From NCBI GenBank assembly GCA_963728915.1, contig CAVSLV010000004.1, forward strand, positions 288,001-352,000: 64,000 nucleotides of DNA, read 5' to 3'. Source of the DNA: an uncultured Gemmatimonadales bacterium. Lineage in GTDB: Bacteria; Gemmatimonadota; Gemmatimonadetes; Gemmatimonadales; GWC2-71-9. Shown in pieces: positions 50,401 to 59,516 of this stretch. A program made the translations under genes and the position numbers. Positions within the stretch are counted from its first letter, which is position 1, and each line of letters starts with the position of its first letter. The notes below the pieces were generated by a model, which was given only the letters and a program-made list of their open reading frames with translations, was not told the origin of the DNA and made no database searches.

Positions 50401-50762
50401 CCATCGACTTCCAGCGGAGGATCGATCTCGGTCCCGAAGAGCTCCCGGCTCTCGAGCCGTTGAAGATCCGTGACGATCGCCGGACCGGCGAACTGCGCGA
50501 TATCCTTCTTGCCTCGGATACACTCGGAGCCGAAAGTCGCGCGCAGGACCGAGAAGCCCATGGAGAGCGACTGGCCGCCCTTCCCGTTGGATCGAGGCCA
50601 GAGCAGCTCGGCCAGGTGGTCCCGGCGGAAGGCTGGACGCGTCTCCAGGGTCAGATAAATGAGCAAGGCGAGGTGCTTGCGGACCTTGAACCGGACCCGT
50701 CGCCCGAACGGATCGAGCAGCTCCGGAGTCCCCATCACCTTGAGATAGAATGGATCAGCCAT
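47436..50762 (-). CDS. SARP/AfsR-like regulator: wHTH-BTAD, P-loop ATPase, C-terminal TPR-like helices
   Basis: LALLIYL..RRDHLAELLWP, BTAD helices, FVGR..E, GESGIGKS, LIVDD, GNP.ALE. Confidence 0.8.
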   Translation of the reverse strand: MADPFYLKVMGTPELLDPFGRRVRFKVRKHLALLIYLTLETRPAFRRDHLAELLWPRSNGKGGQSLSMGFSVLRATFGSECIRGKKDIAQFAGPAIVTDLQRLESRELFGTEIDPPLEVDGLLRDFDIIDAPGFQHWLDGKRAEFLPAIKTALAAFIDRARRSGDAGAMTVFAERLLSLDQLADEGIIARMESLALQGDRLGALRLYERWKRDLQNELHAAPSAEVEALAGRLRKRSLALAANPAAAIVEQYGERPFVGRAAEYRVLFEAWETTSRSRSTHVLLTGESGIGKSTLAMRFGSMASFAGAAIARVQCFELEQRIAFGMMGALITELLDRPGVAGTAPESLAEVARIVPKVRERFPHLPPALNTEGEAARLHFAEGTFAMFDAIMEEQPLVLIVDDYPRSDEVSLSVLHLLLRRSENHRLMVILSGRPPSPEDPPQAARIRRAVAHLGVRRIDLPALSEGEAEELLRLIFHEAGKVPGAPQRRAILRTAAGNPMALELLARDWVSHPNAPLALLLTAMRSDFSGAALEAEDYDQFIERIVPSLSPRHRVALYLAVILGPRLNDFQYFRCLDFSQAQIMAALSELVEQRILRSTYQGLEFTNEVMRARVYLKIPATTRVRLHDSVATQLLAAIATGDAIPGLEVAWHCIRAKRRDEAGPFLISGSRQSIASGAPDEAARALASALREFKGDIWQEAALLLAESYHEMGEAKAILETIEELKAVGPTEPRVIELYEELEIDAKSRLGLLAREEETELVRAFIASYRGRTTSGARARAALASARIATKLRDMELCEGLQSVLSRLSEQMEEPRDKAMVLVGEAMAAFQRRDTETCSKAAQTASLILEGAGIRDAMLASLQVGIGVLATADGEYQRAIQPFEYAMTLAGRLGNEGMLSMAASNLAMTHLRLGDHRLQLEWALVARKHRTDRTEPFDRVRSAGLLGLAEAHLGRSEEAQRTIEVIRREAHGCEDWIVRWGLYFVADILWLLDKKKQAFQMALAAGAGQDRPPTLALTGTYARWVALLSDENKDFKRGLQVLTTVRNMNERLDALDRAELHCAIAFLRRKGGGNRKGDLRELQKALAQLPTACGDQLQALGLLGTHR

Positions 50763-50791
50763 TGCTCAGCCTGAGGCCCGGTCTCCGGCAG

Positions 50792-50819
50792 ATACTACCG
50801 GCGGCTCCGAAAGCGTCAA
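50792..50819 (-). promoter_or_regulatory. Putative sigma-70 promoter of the BTAD regulator
   Basis: Minus strand TTGACG-N16-TAGTAT, about 30 nt before the ATG. Confidence 0.5.
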
Positions 50820-50909
50820 ACGTCCCCCAGATCTACGGGAAATTCTTTTGAGAATTGTGTCGGGGTTTCTTCGGGAGCCGCCAGGAGCCCTGATGCGAAA
50901 AGCGCTAGC

Positions 50910-51917
<1,008 letters not shown>

Positions 51918-52001
51918 GAGGTGTGAGGGGTGAGGGGTGAGGAGGGATGAGAGGCAAGGAGAGTAGGGGGAAAAGGGGGTCCGGGGAAGGGTCCGGTTTG
52001 C

Positions 52002-52030
52002 TTGCTAAATTTTTCACAAAGTCCTAAATT
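52002..52030 (+). promoter_or_regulatory. Putative sigma-70 promoter of the atp operon
   Basis: TTGCTA-N17-TAAATT, 9 nt before the first ATG. Confidence 0.5.
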
Positions 52031-52039
52031 CCACTCCGA

Positions 52040-52282
52040 ATGGTCCAGGAAAACAGGGAACAGGAGCTGGGCCAGGGGTACAAATACCTGGCCATGGGGC
52101 TCCGTTTCGCGGGCGGGATCGTGGTCTTCCTGTTCGCCGGGTTTTTCCTTGATCGGAAGCTCCACACGACCCCCCTGTTCCTGCTGATCGGCACGGTCGG
52201 TGGCGCGGTGCTGGCCTTCATCAGCATCTATCGCGAGCTGACCGCGGAAGAAAAAGCCAAACGGAAAGACGGAGAGCGATGA
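52040..52282 (+). CDS. AtpZ/AtpI-family 2-TM protein
   Basis: GFFLDRKLHTTP motif; first gene of the atp operon. Confidence 0.8.
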   Translation: MVQENREQELGQGYKYLAMGLRFAGGIVVFLFAGFFLDRKLHTTPLFLLIGTVGGAVLAFISIYRELTAEEKAKRKDGER

Positions 52283-52635
52283 AGCTCACCGGGTTTGCCG
52301 GAGTCCTGCTCTCGGCGGTCATCGCGGGAATCGCGTGGAGGTTGTGGGGTGAGGCGGCAGGCATCGCTGCCCTGATCTTCGGCCTGGTGGCTACCGCGAT
52401 TCAGGTCGGCGCCCTCGCGATCATGGCGCCGGCGCGGAACCCACGGACCTCCGCGGCGCTGCCGAAATTCATGGCGCGGTGGGGGGTCGGGATGGGACTC
52501 CGGATGCTCGGCGTGGTGGCCCTGGCGGTAGCGGCCGCGGTGGACCGGACGCATTTTCCCGCGATTCCCGTCGCGCTCGGATTCCTGGGGGTGTTGCTGC
52601 CCCTGCTCGCTTTGGAGGTCAGGCTGGTCCGATGA
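52279..52635 (+). CDS. ATP synthase subunit I-like 4-TM protein
   Basis: Hydrophobic; position before atpB. Confidence 0.65.
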   Translation: MKLTGFAGVLLSAVIAGIAWRLWGEAAGIAALIFGLVATAIQVGALAIMAPARNPRTSAALPKFMARWGVGMGLRMLGVVALAVAAAVDRTHFPAIPVALGFLGVLLPLLALEVRLVR

Positions 52636-53489
52636 TCCAGGAACCCATCGACGTCGGGGAAGTCGTCCTCCATCACACGGCGGACGCGTACTCGCTCGAC
52701 TTCTATCCGTTCGGCAGAATCGCCTGGCACAAGTGGCCGGACCTCCACCTGGGCGGACTGACGATCAATTTGACCCCGACCAAGCACGTGGTGTTCCTGG
52801 TCATCGCCGCCATTCTGGTGTTCGTCACCATGAAGGCGGCGGGATGGGCGCTGGCGCGGCAGCGGGCGGGGCAGATGGCGCCGAAGGGCTTTGCCGCGGC
52901 GATGGAAGGGCTGGTGCTCTGGGTCCGGAACGACATCGCGATCGCCAATATCGGTCACGACGGCGCCAAGTTCGCGCCCCTGGTCATGACCTTTTTCTTC
53001 TTCATTCTGTACTCCAATCTTCTTGGGCTCCTGCCCTGGGGCGCGACCCCGAGCGGGAACCTGGCGGTGACCGGGGCGCTCGCGATCATCGCGTTTGTCA
53101 CCATCGAAATCGGTGGTTTCCTGAAACTCGGCGCCAAAGGCTATTTCCGCACGATCTTCCCCAAGATCGAAGGCCTGGGCGGCGCCGGGGGCGTGGCCAT
53201 GTCGGTGGCGATGGCCCCGATGGAAATCATCGGCAAGCTGGTGAAGCCGTTCGCGTTGGCGGTCCGGTTGTTCGGCAACATGACCGCGGGGCATTTCGTG
53301 ATCCTGTCCCTGTTCGGGATCGTATTTCTGTTCGGGCATCTCGGAGTGTGGAGCTACGGCATCGCCGGCACGACGGTGGTGCTGGTGGTGGGCGTGATGA
53401 TGCTGGAGCTGTTCGTGGGGTTCCTTCAGGCCTATGTGTTCGCGCTCCTGACGGCGGTGTTCATCGGCTTGATGCAGCACGAGCATTAG
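52632..53489 (+). CDS. atpB: ATP synthase F0 subunit a
   Basis: NLLGLLP, ALAVRLFGNMTAGH, LQAYVFALL. Confidence 0.95.
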   Translation: MIQEPIDVGEVVLHHTADAYSLDFYPFGRIAWHKWPDLHLGGLTINLTPTKHVVFLVIAAILVFVTMKAAGWALARQRAGQMAPKGFAAAMEGLVLWVRNDIAIANIGHDGAKFAPLVMTFFFFILYSNLLGLLPWGATPSGNLAVTGALAIIAFVTIEIGGFLKLGAKGYFRTIFPKIEGLGGAGGVAMSVAMAPMEIIGKLVKPFALAVRLFGNMTAGHFVILSLFGIVFLFGHLGVWSYGIAGTTVVLVVGVMMLELFVGFLQAYVFALLTAVFIGLMQHEH

Positions 53490-53640
53490 CAGTTCGTACC
53501 CGGTCGAGCGACCGGCGAAATCCGCTGGCCTTTGGGCCGATGGCGGATCACCAAGGCAAGGGAATCGGCTGGAGAGACGATCCCGCGCCCGGGCGGCACT
53601 GACGACCTTCGACTCTCCGTGACACACGAGGAACGCTGAT

Positions 53641-53919
53641 ATGCTGAACATGCTGGCACTGCTCCAGGTGATTCCCGAAGCCGTCGAAGCCGCCAAGAAC
53701 ACCAACGCCCTGCTGGGCGCGGGGATCGGGATCGGGCTCGCGGTGGTCGGCGCGGGGATCGGTCTGGGCCGGATCGGGGGCCAGGCGGCCGAGGCGATCG
53801 CGCGGCAGCCGGAAGCGAGCGGTGAGATCCGAGGGGCGGCGCTGCTCTTCGCGGTGCTGCTCGAGGGCGTCACGATCATCGCGCTGGTCTTCGCCCTGCT
53901 CTTCAAGCTGATTCGCTAG
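53641..53919 (+). CDS. atpE: ATP synthase F0 subunit c
   Basis: GxGxGxG, ARQPE, conserved Glu (LLEG). Confidence 0.95.
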   Translation: MLNMLALLQVIPEAVEAAKNTNALLGAGIGIGLAVVGAGIGLGRIGGQAAEAIARQPEASGEIRGAALLFAVLLEGVTIIALVFALLFKLIR

Positions 53920-53947
53920 GCGCCGGGCCAGGGACCGGGAGACTCTC

Positions 53948-54502
53948 ATGATCCACACTGTTCTCTTCCTGTTGCAGGAAGAAGGGGCGCACGCCGCGGA
54001 AGCGGGGCCCGCCTCGCCGTTCGAGGTGAACTTCGGGCTCTTCTTCTGGACCTGGGTCGTCTTCCTGTTGCTGCTCTGGATCCTCTGGAAGTTCGCCTGG
54101 CCCGGCATTCTCAAGGCCACCGAGGAGCGGGAGCGGAAGATCCGGGGCGATCTGGCCGAGGCGGAGCGGGCCAACACCGAAGCCAAGGCGGTACTCGAGG
54201 ATGCGATCAAACGGGAGATGGAAGCCCGCAACGCAGCCCAGCACCTCCTTGCCGAAGCGAAGGCCGCGGTGGAGAAGGAGCGGGCCGCCGCGGTGGACAA
54301 GGTTCGCCAGGAGCAGGAGGCGATCATGGCGCGTACCCGGCTCGACATCGCCACCGAGCGGGACAAGGCGATCGCCGAGCTGCGGCGGGAAGCCGTGGAC
54401 CTCGCGCTCGGGGCCGCGTCCAAGGTGATCGGTCAGCGGCTGGACAGCGAGACGGACAAGAGGATCGTGATGGACTATCTGGCCAAGGTGGATACCGCGT
54501 GA
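53948..54502 (+). CDS. atpF: ATP synthase F0 subunit b
   Basis: TM plus KFAWP..ERE coiled coil. Confidence 0.9.
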   Translation: MIHTVLFLLQEEGAHAAEAGPASPFEVNFGLFFWTWVVFLLLLWILWKFAWPGILKATEERERKIRGDLAEAERANTEAKAVLEDAIKREMEARNAAQHLLAEAKAAVEKERAAAVDKVRQEQEAIMARTRLDIATERDKAIAELRREAVDLALGAASKVIGQRLDSETDKRIVMDYLAKVDTA

Positions 54503-55035
54503 GAGCCGCCACCATCGCGCGGAACTACGCCGAGGCGCTGTTCGCGCTGGGGGAGAAGAGCGGCCAGACCGAGCGGTATGCCGATCTGGTGGAGGCGCTG
54601 GCCGCGGCGATCGAGGCCTCGCCGAAAGTCGAGGCGGTGCTCATGTCGCCCAAGATCACCCGGGCGGCCAAGGCGGACCTGCTGACCCGGGCGGTGGCGG
54701 GCGCGCCCCGGGACTTCGTGCTGTTCATTCAGGCGGTGGTGAAGCGGGGCCGGCAGCTTCTTCTGGGGGAGATCGCCACGCAGTACGCCGGCTTGCTCGA
54801 CGTCAAGTTCAACCGGATCCGCGCCGGCATCACGCTGGCGCGGGAGCCCGACGCGGCCCTGCGGACCCAGATCGCGGCGGCGCTTTCGAAGGCGGTGGGC
54901 AAGGAGGTCGTTGCGGGTTATGCGGTCGACCCCGAAATCCTGGGCGGGGCGATCGTGCGGGTGGGCGAGCGGCGGCTGGACGGTTCCCTGCGCCGCCGGC
55001 TGACCCAGCTCCGCCGGCAGCTTCTCACCCGGTAG
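54499..55035 (+). CDS. atpH: ATP synthase F1 subunit delta
   Basis: IARNYAEAL, VDPEILGG, DGSLR. Confidence 0.9.
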   Translation: MRAATIARNYAEALFALGEKSGQTERYADLVEALAAAIEASPKVEAVLMSPKITRAAKADLLTRAVAGAPRDFVLFIQAVVKRGRQLLLGEIATQYAGLLDVKFNRIRAGITLAREPDAALRTQIAAALSKAVGKEVVAGYAVDPEILGGAIVRVGERRLDGSLRRRLTQLRRQLLTR

Positions 55036-55130
55036 GTTTCCCTTCCTTCCGGCGGCCGGGTTTCCGGTCGCCGATCCGTCCCGGGAGGCCGGGGCTCCCG
55101 TTTCGCCCCCGGTCCGCCGACCTTTCAGCC

Positions 55131-55535
55131 ATGTCCGGTGCGTCCCGTTTCCTTGCCGTGGCTTCTGCCATCCTCCTCGCCGGGTGCGGCGGGGTCACCG
55201 AAGTCAACCAGTTTCCCCAGACGGTCACCGTCAAGTTCGGCGACGAATTTCACGTCGTCGATCCCGATCTCACCGTCCGCTTCGCCGAGGTGGTTCAGGA
55301 TTCGCGCTGTCCGGTCAACGCGGAGTGCGTCCAGGCCGGCTCGGTGACGCTCCGGTTTTCGCTCATCGAGCCGGGCGGGGCGCTCAACACCCTGTTCATC
55401 AGCAGCGACGAGCCGGCGAGCGCATCGCACGGCATCAGTCTGCGCTTGATCAGCGTCGACCCGGTCCCAAGGCTGGGGATGACGACCGATCCCCGGGACT
55501 ATCGGGCCACGGTGGAGGTCACCAGTGCGCCGTAA
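55131..55535 (+). CDS. Hypothetical lipoprotein
   Basis: LAGC lipobox, DSRCP..ECV.AG. Confidence 0.65.
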   Translation: MSGASRFLAVASAILLAGCGGVTEVNQFPQTVTVKFGDEFHVVDPDLTVRFAEVVQDSRCPVNAECVQAGSVTLRFSLIEPGGALNTLFISSDEPASASHGISLRLISVDPVPRLGMTTDPRDYRATVEVTSAP

Positions 55536-56535
55536 CGATCCGCGACTGGGGGCGTTGCTGCTCGGGTCCTTGCTGGTGCAGGGAAGGGTGAGCGCCCAGG
55601 AGCTTCCCAGCGGCCTGGTGGAGCGTCCGGTGATCGTTCCCGGGCCGGTGCCCCTCCCGGGCACGCTGACCCTCCCCGCCGGCAAGGGTCCGTTTCCCGG
55701 GCTCATCATTGTGCATGGGTCGGGCTCCGGGGACCGCGATCTCACCATGGGCGAGGTCCCGCCGTTCAACCAGATCAAGCCCTATCGCGACCTCGCCTGG
55801 GGGCTGGCGCAACGGGGGATCGCAGTGCTGCGCTACGACAAGCGCACCCGGGTGCAGCCGACCTGGTTTCTGGGCAAGACGTTCACCGTCTACGACGAGA
55901 CCGTCGATGACGCGGTGAGCGCGCTCGGGGTGCTGCGCCAGCAACCCGAGGTGCGCGGCGCTCGCACCTACATGATCGGGCATTCCCTGGGCGGCATGGT
56001 GGCGCCCCGCATCGCGGCGGCAGACGGCAAGCTCGCGGGGATCATTCTCATGGCCGGTGCGACCCGGGCGAAGCTGGTGGATCAGATCGACCGTCAGATG
56101 GCCTACATCCAGACCACCCTCAAGGGCGCCGACTCCGCGGCGCTGGTGGCCCAGCGCGCGCAGATCGCCCCGCTGCTCGCCAGGATCCGGCGTGTGACCC
56201 CGGCGGATTCCTCCAGCACGGAGCTGCTGTTCGGCGCTCCGGCCAGGTATTTCCTGGATCTTGCGGGTTATGATCCGGCGATGGCGATGCGGGCGTTCCC
56301 GGGGCCGATCCTCGTACTCCAGGGCCTCCGGGACTATCAGGTGACGCCGGACCAGATGGAGGACTGGGTCGCCACGCTGGGCCCCCGGAAGAACCTGACG
56401 GTCAAACGGTACGACAAGCTGAACCATCTCTTCCTTCCGGGCGAGGGCCCGCCTTCGCCGGCGGACTATTCCCATCCCGGTCACGTCGATCCGCGGGTGA
56501 TCGCCGACATTGCGGAGTGGATCGCCCGGCAGTGA
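55525..56535 (+). CDS. Secreted alpha/beta hydrolase
   Basis: HGSG, YDKR, GHSLGG, DYQV, LNH. Confidence 0.85.
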   Translation: MRRNDPRLGALLLGSLLVQGRVSAQELPSGLVERPVIVPGPVPLPGTLTLPAGKGPFPGLIIVHGSGSGDRDLTMGEVPPFNQIKPYRDLAWGLAQRGIAVLRYDKRTRVQPTWFLGKTFTVYDETVDDAVSALGVLRQQPEVRGARTYMIGHSLGGMVAPRIAAADGKLAGIILMAGATRAKLVDQIDRQMAYIQTTLKGADSAALVAQRAQIAPLLARIRRVTPADSSSTELLFGAPARYFLDLAGYDPAMAMRAFPGPILVLQGLRDYQVTPDQMEDWVATLGPRKNLTVKRYDKLNHLFLPGEGPPSPADYSHPGHVDPRVIADIAEWIARQ

Positions 56536-59501
56536 TCTGGGCGGCCTTCCTTCTCCATCCGGCCCTCCAGGTTCAGGCGCCCCCGGCGGACTACTGGCAG
56601 CAGAGGCTGGAGTACCAGATCACCGCGCGGCTCGACGAGCCGCGGGGAGTGCTCGGCGGCGGCGAAACGATCCGGTACCACAACAACTCCCCCGACACCC
56701 TTCACACTTTCTCGCTCCACCTCTACCTGAACGCCTTCCGTCCGGGATCGCGCTGGGCCGACGCCGACAGCGCGGAAGGGCGGCGGAGGTTCAACGATCT
56801 CAAGGATCCGGATTTCGGATTCAACCGGATTGCGAATGTGCGGACGGGCGGGCAGGTGCTGACGCCCATCTATCCGTTCGCGCCCGATAGCACGATCGTC
56901 CGATTCGCACTGCCCTTTGCGGTGGCCCCTGGGGATTCCTTTACCGTCTCGCTGGACTGGGAGGCCCGGCCGTCCACGGTGGCGCGCCGGCAGGGGAGGC
57001 GGGGCCGGCATTACGACTTCGCGCAATGGTATCCCCGCGTGGTCGCCTACGACCGCTACGGGTGGGAGGAGCATCCGCTCTATCCCGGCGGCGAGTTCTA
57101 CGGCGATTTCGGCGATTTCCAGGTGACCCTCGACGTGCCGGGGGACCAGGTGGTCGGGGCCACCGGCGTCCCGGTCTGCGGCGACCCGGGCTGGGAGCGG
57201 GCCAATCAGAACCCGGCCCGCCCGGTGGAATACCGGCGCGACGTGTACGGCCCCGTGTTGTGCAGCGGGCTTTCCGAAGCGGGCCGTAAACAGATCGTGT
57301 GGGTCGCGAAGGACGTGCACCACTTCGCGATGTCGATGAGCCCCGACTACCGCTATGAAGGAGGCCGGTTCGGGGATGTGCTGGTCCACGTGCTCTACCA
57401 GCCGGGCGACGGGCGCAGCTGGGGCGGCGGAGTGGCGGTGCGGAATACGGTCGAAGCGCTCCGCTGGCTGGACCAGCGGTTCGGGCCATTCGTCTGGCCC
57501 CAGATCACCAACGTCCACCGGATCGAGGGCGGGGGCACCGAGTTCCCCATGATGGTGATGAACGGGTCCGCCGGGTTGAGCCTCGTCCTCCACGAAACCG
57601 GTCACAACTACCTGATGGGCATCCTCGCCAACAACGAGTGGAAGGAAGGATTCCTCGACGAGGGGTTCACCAGCTTCCAGACCGCCTGGTACGCCGAGAC
57701 CCACGGGGGCCGGAGCAACTACGCAACGCTGGAGCGGAACATGTTGCTCCAGGACCTGGACGGCTGGTCTCAGCCGATCAGCGAGCCAGGCGAGGCCTTC
57801 CGGGATTTCTCGACCTACAACGCGATGACCTACAACCGGGGCGAGCTGTTCTACGATCAGCTCCGCCAGATCGTCGGCGATTCCGTCATGGGGGCGATCC
57901 TCCGGACCTACTACGACCGGTGGAAGCTCAAGCACGTGGACGAGACCGCGTTCCTGGAGACCGCGGAGGCGGTGTCTCACCGGGACCTCAAGACTTTTTT
58001 CGCGCAGTGGCTCCATACCACCGGGCTCTACGATTACGCGATCGGGCGGGTGAGGAGCAGGCGGACAGGCGGGCAGGCGGACGGGTGGACAGGATATCTC
58101 ACCCAGGTGGAGGTGGTGCGGCGGGCGCCCGGAATCTTCCCGGTGACCGTGGTGGTGCGGAGCGACGGTGACTCGGCGGTCGGCCGGGCTCAGGGCATCG
58201 CGGAGCGGGAATGGGTCGAGCTCCGGACCCGGGGCCGGCCCCGGGAGGTCGAAGTGGATCCCTTCACTCGGTCGCACGACTGGAATGTTCTCAACAACCG
58301 GAAGAAACGGGGTCTCCTGGGTTTCCGCACCGCTCCGCGAACCGAGGTGTACCTCGATCGGTACTTCTCGCAGCCCACTCGCCGGGATCGTCTGACCCTG
58401 GGCCTCATGCCCATGGCATGGTACAACGACGAAGGCGGGTTAACGCTCGGCGCCCGGGTCCGCACCGACTATCTCGGCCGATTTCAGCAGAACCGGATCG
58501 CGGTGGGCCTCGAGACCCGCCGGCTCGCCGATGGCGAGTCGAAGCCGGCCAGCGTGTCGGTCCGGCTCGGCAGTCCGGTCGGGCTCTACCAGCCGCGAAC
58601 CACCCAGGTCCTCGAGGGCACCTGGGTGGAGGGCCGAGCCGGGCTGGCAGCGAACGCCGAGCGGGAGCTGAGCCGCCATCGGACCGGCGGGATCCGGAAC
58701 TTCGCGGGCGCCGGCGTTCGGTGGCTGGTCACCACCGACACCTCCTATCTCGATCCCGCCCTTTGGGACGATGGCGGCACGGTGGAGGCCGGCGGGTGGT
58801 GGCGGGGCTCGGATTCCCTGCGAAACTGGAAGCTCGCCTGGCGCGGTTCCCTGGGTGGCGGGATCGAGTATCGCAATCGCGCGCCCGGCGTGGTCACCGA
58901 GGATCGCTACGACGTTCAGCCCTACGGGCGCATCACGGTGGAATTCAGGGCCGGACCATCGGCGCCTCGACCAACCGAGGTGGAGCTTCGGGGATTCGCC
59001 GGCGCGGTGTTTTCGCGGGATCTTCCCCTCAAGCAGCGGCAGCTCTTCGCCGCCGGCGCCGATCCGTATGAGCAGTTCGGGAATCCTTTCGTTCGCAGCC
59101 GCGGGGCGCTTCTGGTGCAGGATGGGGTGCACTACCTGGATCCCGGCGGCGCGGGGGTTCGGGGGCTCTCGCCGGCGGTGAGCGCCACCCGGATCGTCGG
59201 GGTGAATGCCGAGGCGAGCCGAAGGGTGTATTTCCGTCCGCCTGGCCGGCTGATCGGCGAGGTGAGGCTCGCGGTGTTCGGCGACCTGGCGGTCGGCAAT
59301 GGCGACCTGACCCAGGCGGGACACCGGGCCGACCTGGTGGGAGACGCCGGCATCGGGATTCGCCTGCGACACCATATCGGCGATACTTTCTTCACCTCGC
59401 GGCTGGACCTGCCCCTGTACACCAACCGGGAGGATCTCGCCGCGATGGGCCGGGACGGCGCATTCCGGTTCCGCTGGGTGGTTTCCTTCGAAAGACCGTA
59501 A
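56532..59501 (+). CDS. M1-family zinc aminopeptidase with C-terminal beta-strand-rich domain
   Basis: GGTEFP, HETGH-X18-E, YNRG. Confidence 0.85.
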   Translation: MIWAAFLLHPALQVQAPPADYWQQRLEYQITARLDEPRGVLGGGETIRYHNNSPDTLHTFSLHLYLNAFRPGSRWADADSAEGRRRFNDLKDPDFGFNRIANVRTGGQVLTPIYPFAPDSTIVRFALPFAVAPGDSFTVSLDWEARPSTVARRQGRRGRHYDFAQWYPRVVAYDRYGWEEHPLYPGGEFYGDFGDFQVTLDVPGDQVVGATGVPVCGDPGWERANQNPARPVEYRRDVYGPVLCSGLSEAGRKQIVWVAKDVHHFAMSMSPDYRYEGGRFGDVLVHVLYQPGDGRSWGGGVAVRNTVEALRWLDQRFGPFVWPQITNVHRIEGGGTEFPMMVMNGSAGLSLVLHETGHNYLMGILANNEWKEGFLDEGFTSFQTAWYAETHGGRSNYATLERNMLLQDLDGWSQPISEPGEAFRDFSTYNAMTYNRGELFYDQLRQIVGDSVMGAILRTYYDRWKLKHVDETAFLETAEAVSHRDLKTFFAQWLHTTGLYDYAIGRVRSRRTGGQADGWTGYLTQVEVVRRAPGIFPVTVVVRSDGDSAVGRAQGIAEREWVELRTRGRPREVEVDPFTRSHDWNVLNNRKKRGLLGFRTAPRTEVYLDRYFSQPTRRDRLTLGLMPMAWYNDEGGLTLGARVRTDYLGRFQQNRIAVGLETRRLADGESKPASVSVRLGSPVGLYQPRTTQVLEGTWVEGRAGLAANAERELSRHRTGGIRNFAGAGVRWLVTTDTSYLDPALWDDGGTVEAGGWWRGSDSLRNWKLAWRGSLGGGIEYRNRAPGVVTEDRYDVQPYGRITVEFRAGPSAPRPTEVELRGFAGAVFSRDLPLKQRQLFAAGADPYEQFGNPFVRSRGALLVQDGVHYLDPGGAGVRGLSPAVSATRIVGVNAEASRRVYFRPPGRLIGEVRLAVFGDLAVGNGDLTQAGHRADLVGDAGIGIRLRHHIGDTFFTSRLDLPLYTNREDLAAMGRDGAFRFRWVVSFERP

Positions 59502-59516
59502 CAGGAGAACGTCATC

